DNA of 64,000 nt from an uncultured delta proteobacterium (GTDB taxonomy: Bacteria; Desulfobacterota; Desulfobacteria; Desulfobacterales; B30-G6). Location of the stretch: the NCBI GenBank assembly GCA_963848165.1, contig CAWKCS010000020.1, positions 41,180 through 105,179 of the forward strand, read 5' to 3'. This document shows, one piece after another, positions 33,021-41,820 of the stretch. The notes beneath the pieces were generated by a model that did not search any database, had not been told where the DNA came from, and saw nothing but the letters and a program-made list of their open reading frames with translations. The translations under genes and the position numbers were made by a program. Every line of letters begins with the position of its first letter. Within the stretch, counting starts at the first letter, position 1.

Positions 33021-33096
33021 GGATGCTGGGAGGCTATAATGCTTGAAAGCTGTCATCCGCATTTAGCTATCAGCCACCCTCAAACCCTTCCTTTAC
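33021..33096. repeat. composite spacer (AGCT-containing segment plus CCACCCTCAAACCCTTCC tail) between the fusion HdrA and Sec-MvhD genes
   Basis: Read directly: GGATGCTGGGAGGCTATAATGCTTGAAAGCTGTCATCCGCATTTAGCTATCAGCCACCCTCAAACCCTTCC. Confidence 0.6.
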
Positions 33097-36000
33097 ACTG
33101 CCTCATTCATCGCAAATATCTGTGCGAAAATCTGATCGTTGTCAAACCCTTTCAGCTTGATGGCACCGGACCGGCAGGAAGCGACACAAAGACCGCAGCC
33201 TTTACACAGAACCGGATTGATCTTGGCTTTGCCTGCAAAGGGTCCTTCCTCGATAAGCGAGGGCGCCGAATAGGGGCAGATGGAAATGCAGACCTTACAG
33301 GAACTGCAATGCATGGGGACGGTTTCAGCTACGGCACCACTGGTATGAATGGTTTTGCGTGCCAGCAGCGTAACCGCTCTCGATGCTGCCGCTCTCCCCT
33401 GCACGATGGATTCGTCGATGGGTTTGGGATAATGGGCCAGACCACAGAGAAACACACCATCGGTTGAAAACTCCGAGGGACCCAGTTTGGCATGTCTTTC
33501 CACAAAAAAGCCGTCGTCGTTCAGCGGCACCTTGAAAAACTGCGCCAGGGCATCGCCCTTGTTTGGCACTACGGCAGACGCCAGTGTCAGCATGTCGGTG
33601 ACGATTTCCAGTTTTCGTTCCAGCACATGATCCATAACCGTGACGATCAGATCATCACCCTTTATCTCGACCTCGGGTTTGTTTTCCAGGGCGTAGCGGA
33701 TAAAAATAATACCTTTTTCGCGGGCTTCTCTGTAGATATACTCCCGCTCGCCATAGGTCCTGATATCCCGGTAGAGGACATAAACAGTCATTTCCGGGTT
33801 GACTTTTTTCAGTTCCAGCGCATTGTCGATGGCATGGGTACAGCAGACCCTGGAACAGTAAGGTCTTTCCGGCTCTCTTGAACCGACACACTGGATAAAA
33901 ACGGCCGAGGACATTTCCTTGAGCGATGGATCTTGATCCATAAATTTTCGATCGAGATCCAGACTTGTCAAAATTCTTGGGTCATCCCCATAATGATACT
34001 CAGCCGGTTTCAGGGCGGCAGCACCGGTGGCCACCACAGCCACGCCGTATTCCAGGTCCGTTGTGGTGTCTCCGGAAGTGAGGGTGGATTTGAAATTTCC
34101 CACGAACCCGTCTACATTGCTAAGCTCTGTATTCAGGTGCACGTGGACCTTGTCATCCCCCTGGATATCGGAAATGAGTTCCGACAGTTTTTTCTGCACA
34201 TCCTCGCCCGATATGGTTTTAAACAGATTCAGCGCCTGTCCGCCTAGAACATCGCTTTTTTCAATGATATGGGTCTCATAACCCTGCAAACCCAGTGTCT
34301 TGGCAGCACTCATGCCGGCGATGCCGCCGCCGATGACAACAGCTGTCTGGTTTACTTCCAGTTCGGCTTCCTCGAGTGGCTGCATCAGGGCGACTTTGGA
34401 GACCGCCATTCGCACAAGATCTTTGGCTTTTTCCGTGGCCAGATCAGGGTTGTTCTTATGAACCCAGGAGTCCTGATTGCGGATGTTGCACATTTCAAAA
34501 AGGTATTTATTCAGCCCGGCATTGATCAGGGTTTCCTGGAAAAGCGGTTCGTGGGTTTTTGGCGTACAGGCTGCCACCACAATCCTGTTCAAATTTTTCT
34601 GTTTGATGATCTGGGTTATGGTTTCCTGTGTGTCCTGGGCACAGGAGTAGAGGTTGTCCGTGAAATATTCCACATATGGGAGTGTCGCAGCATATTCGCT
34701 TACGGCCGGGACGTCCACAACGCCGGCGATATTGATGCCGCACCGGCAGACAAACACGCCGATTCGCGGTCGTTCCCCGAAGATGTTTGTTTCGGGAATG
34801 ATCTCCGGTATCTGTGTCCGGGTATTCCTGGCCGGGCTCAAGGCCGCACCGGCACTGGCCGCCGCGGCACTGGCATCGATAACCGACTGGGGAATGTCCT
34901 TGGGGCCCTGGAAGGCACCGCACACATAGATGCCTTTGCGCGATGTTTCCACCGGTTCAAACGTCTCGGTTTTACAAAAATTGCCCTCGGTCAGTTCGAT
35001 ACCCAGGTTCTGGGCCAGGGCAATGGTTTTGGGGTCTATCTGCAGCCCGATGGACAGTACGATCTGGTCGAAGGTTTCGGTTTCAAGACCACCGGACTCC
35101 GTAACATAACGGACGGAAAGATCATCGGATCCGTGTACCGGGTCAATGGAGTGGACCCGGCTGCGGACAAATCGCACACCGCTTTCTTTGGCCCTGTTGT
35201 AAAAGCGTTCAAAGTCCTTCCCATGGGTGCGCATGTCCATATAGAAAATGGTGCACTCGAGATCGTCTCCACTGTGCTCCTTGGCAATCACGGCTTCCTT
35301 GATGGCATACATACAGCAGACCGAGGAGCAGTAAGCATTGTCACAGCGGTTGAGATCTCTTGATCCGACGCACTGGAACCAGGCAATTTTTTTGGGCTCC
35401 TTATGGTCGGACATACGGACGAGGTGTCCACCGGTGGGGCCTGAGGCGGACAAAATGCGCTCCATTTCCATGGAGGTGATGACATTGGGGTGCTTGGCGT
35501 AGTTGTAGGAATCAAACTTGGAAGGGTCGAAGGGTTCAAATCCCGGTGCCAGGATAATCGATCCCACATTGAGCTCGACAATTTCATCTTCCATGGTGTA
35601 ATCGATGGCATCCACGCCACAGAATTCAGCACAGACTTTACAACCCCCGGTCTTGAAATGAACGCAGACATCCCGGTCGATTGCCGGTGTGTTAGGAACT
35701 GCCTGTGCATAGGGGACGTAGACCGGTTTGCGGCCCATTAACCCCATGTCATATTCCGATGGAATAGCCTTAACATTTTCCTTGGTTGTAATCAGATTTC
35801 TGACTCTGTCCAGCGTAATATGGCCGGTGGGGCAGACGGATGCACAGGCACCGCATGCCATGCAGATCTCTGTCTGGGTATGGAAGGGCGTGTCGACAGC
35901 GAACTCCAGGCCTCGTCCGGTCAGAGCGATGGCGCTGTTTCCCATCTTTTCGCAGATCCGGGTACAGAGCCCGCAGAGGATGCAGTCGTCATCCTCGGTT

Positions 36001-36350
36001 TTGAAGCGGGGCGCTTCGATACCGTATTTTTTTGCCAGATTCTTCAACAACGGTACTTCCGGGCATCTGGCATACAGCATTTCGACGATCAGTTTGCGTC
36101 CTTCGTGAACGGCCGGTGTATCCGTTTTGACTTCCATTCCTTCCCATATGGGATAGTTGCAGGCGGTCACGAACCGGGTTCTGCGTCCATCAAAGAGTTC
36201 CACCGTGCAGATTCGGCACATGCCGGCCGGTTCCAGGGCCTTGTGATGACAAAGCGTTGGGATGTCGACACCGAATTTTTCGGCTACCTGAAGGATATAT
36301 TGCCCTTCTTCTCCCTGTACTTTTTTCCCATTTAATTTGAAAGTGATCAT
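33093..36350 (-). CDS. fusion protein: NuoG/HydA-type N-terminus (2Fe-2S + 2x4Fe-4S) :: HdrA lacking its first ~120 residues :: complete second HdrA-like unit
   Basis: 1085 aa. Motifs in order: CHHKALEPAGMCRICTVEL; CILCGLCTRICE; CMACGACASVCPTG. Then AIPSEYDMGLMGRKPVYVPYAQAVP...VGSIILAPGFEPFDP...WFQCVGSRD...CCMYAIKEA. Then IGVFVCRCGINIAG...AVVIGGGIAGMSAAK...FIQCVGSRE...CCTHAI...CSSCKVCISICP...CKGCGLCVASC. Confidence 0.85.
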   Translation of the reverse strand: MITFKLNGKKVQGEEGQYILQVAEKFGVDIPTLCHHKALEPAGMCRICTVELFDGRRTRFVTACNYPIWEGMEVKTDTPAVHEGRKLIVEMLYARCPEVPLLKNLAKKYGIEAPRFKTEDDDCILCGLCTRICEKMGNSAIALTGRGLEFAVDTPFHTQTEICMACGACASVCPTGHITLDRVRNLITTKENVKAIPSEYDMGLMGRKPVYVPYAQAVPNTPAIDRDVCVHFKTGGCKVCAEFCGVDAIDYTMEDEIVELNVGSIILAPGFEPFDPSKFDSYNYAKHPNVITSMEMERILSASGPTGGHLVRMSDHKEPKKIAWFQCVGSRDLNRCDNAYCSSVCCMYAIKEAVIAKEHSGDDLECTIFYMDMRTHGKDFERFYNRAKESGVRFVRSRVHSIDPVHGSDDLSVRYVTESGGLETETFDQIVLSIGLQIDPKTIALAQNLGIELTEGNFCKTETFEPVETSRKGIYVCGAFQGPKDIPQSVIDASAAAASAGAALSPARNTRTQIPEIIPETNIFGERPRIGVFVCRCGINIAGVVDVPAVSEYAATLPYVEYFTDNLYSCAQDTQETITQIIKQKNLNRIVVAACTPKTHEPLFQETLINAGLNKYLFEMCNIRNQDSWVHKNNPDLATEKAKDLVRMAVSKVALMQPLEEAELEVNQTAVVIGGGIAGMSAAKTLGLQGYETHIIEKSDVLGGQALNLFKTISGEDVQKKLSELISDIQGDDKVHVHLNTELSNVDGFVGNFKSTLTSGDTTTDLEYGVAVVATGAAALKPAEYHYGDDPRILTSLDLDRKFMDQDPSLKEMSSAVFIQCVGSREPERPYCSRVCCTHAIDNALELKKVNPEMTVYVLYRDIRTYGEREYIYREAREKGIIFIRYALENKPEVEIKGDDLIVTVMDHVLERKLEIVTDMLTLASAVVPNKGDALAQFFKVPLNDDGFFVERHAKLGPSEFSTDGVFLCGLAHYPKPIDESIVQGRAAASRAVTLLARKTIHTSGAVAETVPMHCSSCKVCISICPYSAPSLIEEGPFAGKAKINPVLCKGCGLCVASCRSGAIKLKGFDNDQIFAQIFAMNEAV

Positions 36351-36373
36351 AACAAATAGGTTCCTTGTAAAAT

Positions 36374-38224
36374 CTATCGAATGGCTATTGCATTAAATTT
36401 GCACCCATCATAGCAGATACCGCACTTGATACATTTCTCCTGATCGATAAGATGTGTTTCTTTCTTTTTGCCGGACACAGCATCCTGGGGGCATTTTTTT
36501 GCGCACAGGGTGCAACCCGTACAGGCTTCCTCATCGATCTCATAGTGAAACAATGGTTTACAGACACCTGCAGGGCACTTTTTGTCTCTGATGTGGGCTT
36601 CGTATTCATCCCGGAAGAAGAGAATGTTGGTCAGCACGGGGTTAGGTGCGGACGTGCCGAGCCCGCAAAGGGAAAATTTCTGGAGCATGCTGCCCAGTTC
36701 TTCCAGAAGTTCGATGTCCCCCTCGCGGCCCTCCCCTTTGCAGATCCGCGTCAATACGGCAAGCATCTGCTTGAGCCCTTCCCTGCAGGGATTGCATTGG
36801 CCGCAGGATTCATCTTTCAGAAAATCGACAAAATATCGCGCCACATCGACCATGCAGGTGTCCTGGTCCATGACGATCATACCACCGGAGCCCATTATGG
36901 AGCCCACTTTAGACAGCTCGTCAAAGTCAACCGGGAGGTCCAGGAACTTTTCCGGAATACACCCGCCGGACGGCCCACCCGTCTGAACCGCCTTGAATTT
37001 TTTCTTCTTGGGAATGCCGCCGCCGATGTCGAATATGATCTGACGCAATGTCGTTCCCATGGGCACTTCCACCAGGCCGGTATTGGTGACCTTACCCACC
37101 AGGGAAAATATTTTGGTTCCTTTGCTTCTTTGGGTCCCGATGGCGGCGTACCAGTCTGCCCCCTTGCTGATAATAACAGGAACGTTGGCCCATGTTTCGA
37201 CATTGTTCAGGTTGGTAGGCCCTTGTCGAAAGCCTTTTTCTACCGTGTGCACGTACTTTGCCTTGGGCCGACCCGGTTTTCCTTCGAGGGAGGCCATCAA
37301 TGCTGTGGACTCGCCACAGACAAACGCACCGCCACCCCGGCTGATATGGATGTCGAAATCAAAGCCGGACCCAAGAATGTCGGTACCCAGAAATCCTTTT
37401 TCACGCGCCTTCTCGAGGGCGATGGTCAGGTTGGTAACGGCCAGCGGATATTCATGGCGGACATAAACATATCCTTCGTTGGATCCAATGGCAAAGGCGC
37501 CGATGATCATTCCTTCGATGACACTGTGGGGGTTTCCTTCGAGGATGCTGCGGTCCATGTAGGCTCCGGGATCGCCTTCGTCTGCATTGCAGATGACGTA
37601 CCGTGTACCTTTGTGTTTACGGCAGGTGGCCCATTTGATACCGGTCGGAAAACCACCGCCGCCACGGCCTCTGAGTCCGGAGGCTTTGATCTGGTCGATG
37701 ATGCTTTCCGGGGAAAGGTCAAACAGGGCTTTGGCAAGGGAGGCATAACCGCCAACAGCCAGATAGTGATCCAGGTTTGTGGGATCGATCAATCCATTGT
37801 TGCCGAAAATGATTCTTTCTTGCAGTTTATAGAATGGGATGTCGTGCTCATGGATGATTTTTTTCTTCGTGACTGGATCTTTGAATATCAGGCTGTTAAC
37901 CAGTTCACCCTTTTTCAGGGTTTTTTCGACGATCTCCTTTACATGGTCCACCCTCACCTGGGGGTAAAAGATCCTTTCAGGATGAATCACCATGATGGGA
38001 CCCTTTTCACAGAAACCGTGACAACCGGTAAGTCTGACTTCGACTTCATCCTGCATGCCCTGATCGGTCAGCTCCGCCACCAGCGCCTTATACACGTCGG
38101 CCGTTCCATAGGCGCCGCAGCCCGATCCTGCACAAAGGGAAACAAGCTTTCCGGGCTGCCGATCCTGTTCTTGCAGTTTTTTTCGATAGGTATCTAGCGC
38201 CTCTTTGTTTTTAAATCTTGCCAT
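36374..38224 (-). CDS. NuoF/HydB-like NADH-binding FMN/Fe-S subunit (with N-terminal 2Fe-2S thioredoxin-like and C-terminal 2x4Fe-4S domains)
   Basis: 616 aa with GLRGRGGGGFPTGIKW, CNADEGDPGAYMDR, ESCGQCNPCREG, CTGCTLCAKKCP and CIKCGICYDGC. Confidence 0.9.
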   Translation of the reverse strand: MARFKNKEALDTYRKKLQEQDRQPGKLVSLCAGSGCGAYGTADVYKALVAELTDQGMQDEVEVRLTGCHGFCEKGPIMVIHPERIFYPQVRVDHVKEIVEKTLKKGELVNSLIFKDPVTKKKIIHEHDIPFYKLQERIIFGNNGLIDPTNLDHYLAVGGYASLAKALFDLSPESIIDQIKASGLRGRGGGGFPTGIKWATCRKHKGTRYVICNADEGDPGAYMDRSILEGNPHSVIEGMIIGAFAIGSNEGYVYVRHEYPLAVTNLTIALEKAREKGFLGTDILGSGFDFDIHISRGGGAFVCGESTALMASLEGKPGRPKAKYVHTVEKGFRQGPTNLNNVETWANVPVIISKGADWYAAIGTQRSKGTKIFSLVGKVTNTGLVEVPMGTTLRQIIFDIGGGIPKKKKFKAVQTGGPSGGCIPEKFLDLPVDFDELSKVGSIMGSGGMIVMDQDTCMVDVARYFVDFLKDESCGQCNPCREGLKQMLAVLTRICKGEGREGDIELLEELGSMLQKFSLCGLGTSAPNPVLTNILFFRDEYEAHIRDKKCPAGVCKPLFHYEIDEEACTGCTLCAKKCPQDAVSGKKKETHLIDQEKCIKCGICYDGCKFNAIAIR

Positions 38225-38255
38225 GGTAAAGTATAACCTCCGTTATCCCATGCGG

Positions 38256-38744
38256 TTAAGCTTCCTGCTGCTCGTATTTGTCTAAGATTTCCAATGCACG
38301 CGAACGATCAAGTCCGCCATGGGTATCCTTGTTTACCGTAATTACCGGGCCTGAGGCACAGCACCCGATGCAGCGGACGCCTTCCAGGGTGAAGAGTCCA
38401 TCGCTGCTGGTCTGCCCTTCGGCGATTTTCAGCCGTTCCTCCAGCGCCTCAGTAATTTTTTCAGCACCCCGGACATGGCATGCCGTTCCGGTACAGACAC
38501 TGACAATGTATTTTCCGCGCGGTTCAAGGCTGATGGTTTTGTAAAAAGTGGCGACACTGTAAACCAGACTTTCTTGTATCCCGAGACGTTCGACGAGCAG
38601 GGGAACCACTTCCGGCGGCACGTAATTGTAGATGTCGCTGATGTCCTGCATGATCATCAGGAGTGATTCTTTCTCTTTGCCGTAGTGGTCAATGATGGTG
38701 TTGATTTTATCCCAGTCTATCTCTGCTGAAGTCCTCATAATCAT
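38256..38744 (-). CDS. NuoE/HydC-like 2Fe-2S subunit
   Basis: 162 aa with VSVCTGTACHVRGAEKI...VRCIGCCASGPVITVN. Confidence 0.85.
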   Translation of the reverse strand: MIMRTSAEIDWDKINTIIDHYGKEKESLLMIMQDISDIYNYVPPEVVPLLVERLGIQESLVYSVATFYKTISLEPRGKYIVSVCTGTACHVRGAEKITEALEERLKIAEGQTSSDGLFTLEGVRCIGCCASGPVITVNKDTHGGLDRSRALEILDKYEQQEA

Positions 38745-38831
38745 TCAGATCCTTATGTGTTCTTGATGTCCTTGATAACAGATATCCTTCTTTTCTTTGT
38801 CGTTTATGCAGCAGGTCCGCCCCAATGGAGA

Positions 38832-39215
38832 TCAGGAGGCCACCGTCTGTACGACTGGGCAGTTTTCAACACACGCACCACAGCCTGTACAAAGATCCAT
38901 GTTGATGGTTCTTGCACGTTTTCTGACTTTGACCTTGAAATTACCGGGTTCGCCATCTACGGATTCAAGATCTGCATAGGTGATAAGCTCGATGTTTAGA
39001 TGCCGGCCGACCTCGACCAGTACGGGAGAGATAATTCACATCGCGCAGTCGTTGGTTGGGAACGTCTTGTCAAGCTGGGACATTACCCCGCCAATGGAAG
39101 GTGACTTTTCAAGAAGGTAGACGTAGTATCCGGAATTTGCCAAATCAAGGGCAGACTGCATGCCTGCAATGCCCCCGCCGACAACCAGAACCGATCCAAT
39201 GATATCCTTTTCCAT
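38832..39215 (-). CDS. HdrA N-terminal fragment (127 codons) with in-frame UGA (selenocysteine) at 39036-39038
   Basis: AGGAGA RBS then [127 protein letters not shown]. The 67 codons after the TGA, in the same frame, are canonical HdrA sequence. Confidence 0.8.
39036..39038 (-). other. UGA recoded as selenocysteine (HdrA fragment)
   Basis: The TGA replaces the second Cys of the FPTxDCxxC motif. The paralogs at 59192 (TLDCAACI) and 53597 (SNHCGMCK) have Cys. Confidence 0.8.
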
Positions 39216-39380
39216 ATTTTTTCTCCTGGAAATGAATTGTGGTGATAGATTACCTGCCACCCGGTGGACGAAGCAGCCGGGCGGTCAAACAAAGAATTTA
39301 CCTATATGCTGGGTGTGGGCTTGTCAATAGGAATCGAAAAGAAAAAGATGGAAAAATGGGGAGGCGGGATCCTGAGTGTT

Positions 39381-39429
39381 AGATATAAAAACCCCGATGC
39401 GACCGCAGATACATCCAGGTCGCATCGGG
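39381..39429 (-). terminator. rho-independent terminator after the dual-receiver gene
   Basis: On the minus strand: CCCGATGCGACC-13 nt-GGTCGCATCGGG followed by GTTTTTATAT. Confidence 0.75.
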
Positions 39430-39458
39430 ATTGTTCATTGTGGCACCTGTTCCCGGAA

Positions 39459-41123
39459 TCAGGCAGCCAGGAGAAACGCCTTGTCCGTGGCTTCGCGTAT
39501 TTCATCCGGTGTAAAGGGTTTGGGGAGATAATCCACGGCACCCATGCGCGCCGCTGCCACGGCGGTCTCGATGCTGGCATAGCCGGTGATCATGATGACC
39601 TTTGCCTGCGGGTTTTTATCCCGGATGGTCTGCAGCAGCTCGAGTCCTTTGACACCCGGAATCTTGAGGTCGAGGAGTATCAGTTTATACGGATGGGAAG
39701 AGATGCTTTCCAGGGCTTCCTCTTTGGTAACGGCCTGATCGACCTGGTAACCTTTTTTGAGGAGAATTTTACGGATGTTGTTGTTGACCGCCACTTCGTC
39801 GTCAATGACCAGAATGCTTTTTGTACGGGATTCTTTTGGAAATTCATATAGTTTGGCTTTTTTGGATGCCATCTCTTTCATCATCCCGGCAACATTTTGT
39901 TTTAATTCCTCGTAGGGTACCTGCACTTGGCCGTCGTAGCCCATATGTGCAACGAAATCAGGACCGGTAACAGCGGCAACCTCATCGTAGTCAAAGGGTT
40001 GGTCAACGGCAATGAGTGTTTTCACGTCCACAACCGTTTTCATCTTTGCGGCTCTTTTCTTTTTCGCGAGCTGCGGGCATTTCGCCGTTTTCGTGCCTGC
40101 CTTGCATGTGGCGCCCAGTTTCTTAAAGATGTCACACACCATATTGCCGGTTTCACAGAAGCCTTCCAGGGATTCGGAGGCCGTGATTTCAATGATGGGC
40201 ATGTCCGAACGGGAGAACTGATCCGTATAGGCCTCACCAACCTGGGCGGCGACTTCATCCCGGTCAAAGGGGGCGTCCACATCAATTTTGCCTTTTCCCA
40301 GCATCCTGGACACGTTCTTCTTGAGTTCTTCATAGGGGATAAAAGCCACACCTTCGTTATGCAGAGATTGTACATATTCGGGACCGGTCACTGCGGCCAC
40401 TTCCTCGTAATCAAAGGGCTGGTCGATACCGATCAATTGTTTGACATCGGTTCTGCTTTTCTTTTTGGCGGCTCTTTCTTTCTTTGCCAGCTGGGGGCAT
40501 GTTTGGGTTTTTGTGCCGGCTTTGCAGGTTGCGCCCAGTTTTTTGAAAATGTCGCACACCATGTTGCCCATCTCACAAAACCCCACCAGAGGCTCAGGCA
40601 TTTTGACTTCGATGATGGGCATGTCCGAGGGCCCCAGTGATTTGGCATAGGCTTCTCCGGTTACTGCCGCTACTTCATCAATGTCAAAAGGGATGTCGAG
40701 GTCGATGGCATCGATGAATTCTCTTTCCTCAGAGGTGGTAGGGGCTTCCGCGAGTTCTCCGGCCAGGGCTTTTTCAACGGTGGATCGCAGTTCGTCAGGT
40801 GTGAAAGGCTTGGGAATATAATCCAACGCCCCCATTCGAATGGCCTTTACGGCCGTATCGGTGGATGCGTAGGCAGTCATCATCACGGCTTTGGTGAGCG
40901 GCCACTGTTTTTTGACAAGCTTTAAAAGTTCGAGCCCGTTTTTTCCGGGCATGACAATGTCGGATATGAGCAGGGAAAAGGATTCGACAGCCATTTTTTC
41001 CAAGGCCTCATCGGCGGTTGTGGCATGCACGATTTCATAGTGGTTTTTCTTTAAAATTTTTTCCACATTGTTGCAGATGCTTTTTTCATCATCCACGACG
41101 ATGATTTTGGGTGCTGTTTCCAT
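39459..41123 (-). CDS. dual receiver-domain protein with a tandemly duplicated 140-aa Cys4 central module and no recognisable output domain
   Basis: 554 aa. REC1 (IIVVDDE...LLISDIVMPGKNG...MMTAYAS...KPF) and REC2 (ILVIDDE...LILLDLKIPGVKG...MITGYAS...KPF). Between them, residues ~139-278 and ~279-418 are repeats, each carrying PFDxDEVAA...GFCExGNMVCDIFKKLGATCKAGTKTxxCPQLAKK...PFDYxEVAAVTGP. Confidence 0.8.
   Translation of the reverse strand: METAPKIIVVDDEKSICNNVEKILKKNHYEIVHATTADEALEKMAVESFSLLISDIVMPGKNGLELLKLVKKQWPLTKAVMMTAYASTDTAVKAIRMGALDYIPKPFTPDELRSTVEKALAGELAEAPTTSEEREFIDAIDLDIPFDIDEVAAVTGEAYAKSLGPSDMPIIEVKMPEPLVGFCEMGNMVCDIFKKLGATCKAGTKTQTCPQLAKKERAAKKKSRTDVKQLIGIDQPFDYEEVAAVTGPEYVQSLHNEGVAFIPYEELKKNVSRMLGKGKIDVDAPFDRDEVAAQVGEAYTDQFSRSDMPIIEITASESLEGFCETGNMVCDIFKKLGATCKAGTKTAKCPQLAKKKRAAKMKTVVDVKTLIAVDQPFDYDEVAAVTGPDFVAHMGYDGQVQVPYEELKQNVAGMMKEMASKKAKLYEFPKESRTKSILVIDDEVAVNNNIRKILLKKGYQVDQAVTKEEALESISSHPYKLILLDLKIPGVKGLELLQTIRDKNPQAKVIMITGYASIETAVAAARMGAVDYLPKPFTPDEIREATDKAFLLAA
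39870..40709 (-). repeat. intragenic tandem duplication (2 x 420 bp) encoding the Cys4 module
   Basis: The protein repeat period is exactly 140 aa. Antisense track ORFs 40012-40221 and 40441-40650 are also near-duplicates, so the repeat is visible at DNA level. Confidence 0.85.
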
Positions 41124-41183
41124 GTGACCCTCCTGGTGGTTTCAGTTTGATGGGGGCGATATCGTTATTTGGAGATTAGGAAT

Positions 41184-41199
41184 TGCACAAGGCGTGCCA
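41184..41199 (-). promoter_or_regulatory. sigma54 (-24/-12) promoter of the dual-receiver gene
   Basis: The minus strand reads TTGGCACGCCTTGTGCAAT. That is TGGCACG-N4-gTGC, with the GG and GC dinucleotide start positions 12 nt apart as in TGGCACG-N4-TTGC. It lies ~60 nt upstream of the ATG at 41123. Confidence 0.75.
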
Positions 41200-41533
41200 A
41201 AGAAACTAATTATATTAACCTTATTGAATTTATAGCAAATTATTTATTTCAAGCTGCTATGGCCCTTGAAAAACGTATAAATAAAATATACAGTATGTGA
41301 AGAAAAAATCCTGCAAAACAGAATGCTGTGAGGGTTGAATCCAAATATTTTATCCAACATGATTTCCATATGATATTCTGATATTATATAGAAAAGCGAC
41401 AATTTGGAATACGATTGCAAACCAGAAGAAGTACAAAACGTATAAAATAAATATACATGTATAAAAAATCATTGTAGTTCTACAGTTATGTGTTGTCATA
41501 GATATGTTCAGAGTAACCCATGCATGCAGTGAA

Positions 41534-41720
41534 GGGGTATCCATATTTTTTTTAAAAGACATATCAAACCAAGCCTTGCCTTGTGCCCACCGGATTGATG
41601 ATGAAATACGACTGGTTGTTAGTAACATTAGGCAGTCGAAACATCATCAATCCGGCAGGGCACTACGCTAGTGATGCAGATTGATCATGATATGTCTTTT
41701 AAAAAAAATATGGATACCCC
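41534..41720. repeat. 187-bp nested palindrome (perfect 33-bp outer arms, 21-bp inner arms)
   Basis: GGGGTATCCATATTTTTTTTAAAAGACATATCA (41534-41566) is the exact reverse complement of 41688-41720. The inner arms GTGCCCaCCGGATTGATGATG (41583-41603) and CATCATCAATCCGGcaGGGCAC (41642-41663) also pair. Confidence 0.9.
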
Positions 41721-41820
41721 CTTTTAGCACAGCCCAACGCTTTTTTAGTAAATTCAGTTAGCCGTTGAACCAGTTTAGAAAAGTAGGGGAGCAGGGCATA
41801 AGGGTGGGGGTACACGTAAA

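Noticed and set aside
36452-38197. 581-aa plus-strand ORF, the longest unannotated ORF on the track
   Set aside because: It is antisense to the NuoF-like gene, whose minus-strand product carries unmistakable motifs (GGGGFPTG, CGQCNPCREG). The plus-strand translation is low-complexity with no recognisable motifs. The same reasoning rejects the other long antisense ORFs at 13750-14772, 34269-35363, 57861-58793 and 44870-45580.
38748-38834. Read-through of the second TGA (38832-38834) as another Sec, extending the HdrA fragment by 28 more codons (SPLGRTCCINDKEKKDICYQGHQEHIRI) to end exactly at the nuoE-like start
   Set aside because: The extension does not resemble the HdrA sequence expected after CPV (IPxEFDxGL). 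That sequence is found in the 1085-aa protein instead. I treat the TGA as a true stop. The exact abutment (TGAATG) is noted but not supported further.
39441-39446. Additional TGGCAC hexamers as sigma54 -24 boxes (39441-39446, 10495-10500, 27439-27444)
   Set aside because: None has a GC dinucleotide at the required 12-nt offset from the GG, and all lie inside coding regions.
41350-41628. 92-aa minus-strand ORF in the AT-rich control region
   Set aside because: It has extreme AT-driven composition (F/I/Y/N-rich) and no RBS, and it runs through one arm of the 187-bp palindrome. It is more likely non-coding regulatory DNA.
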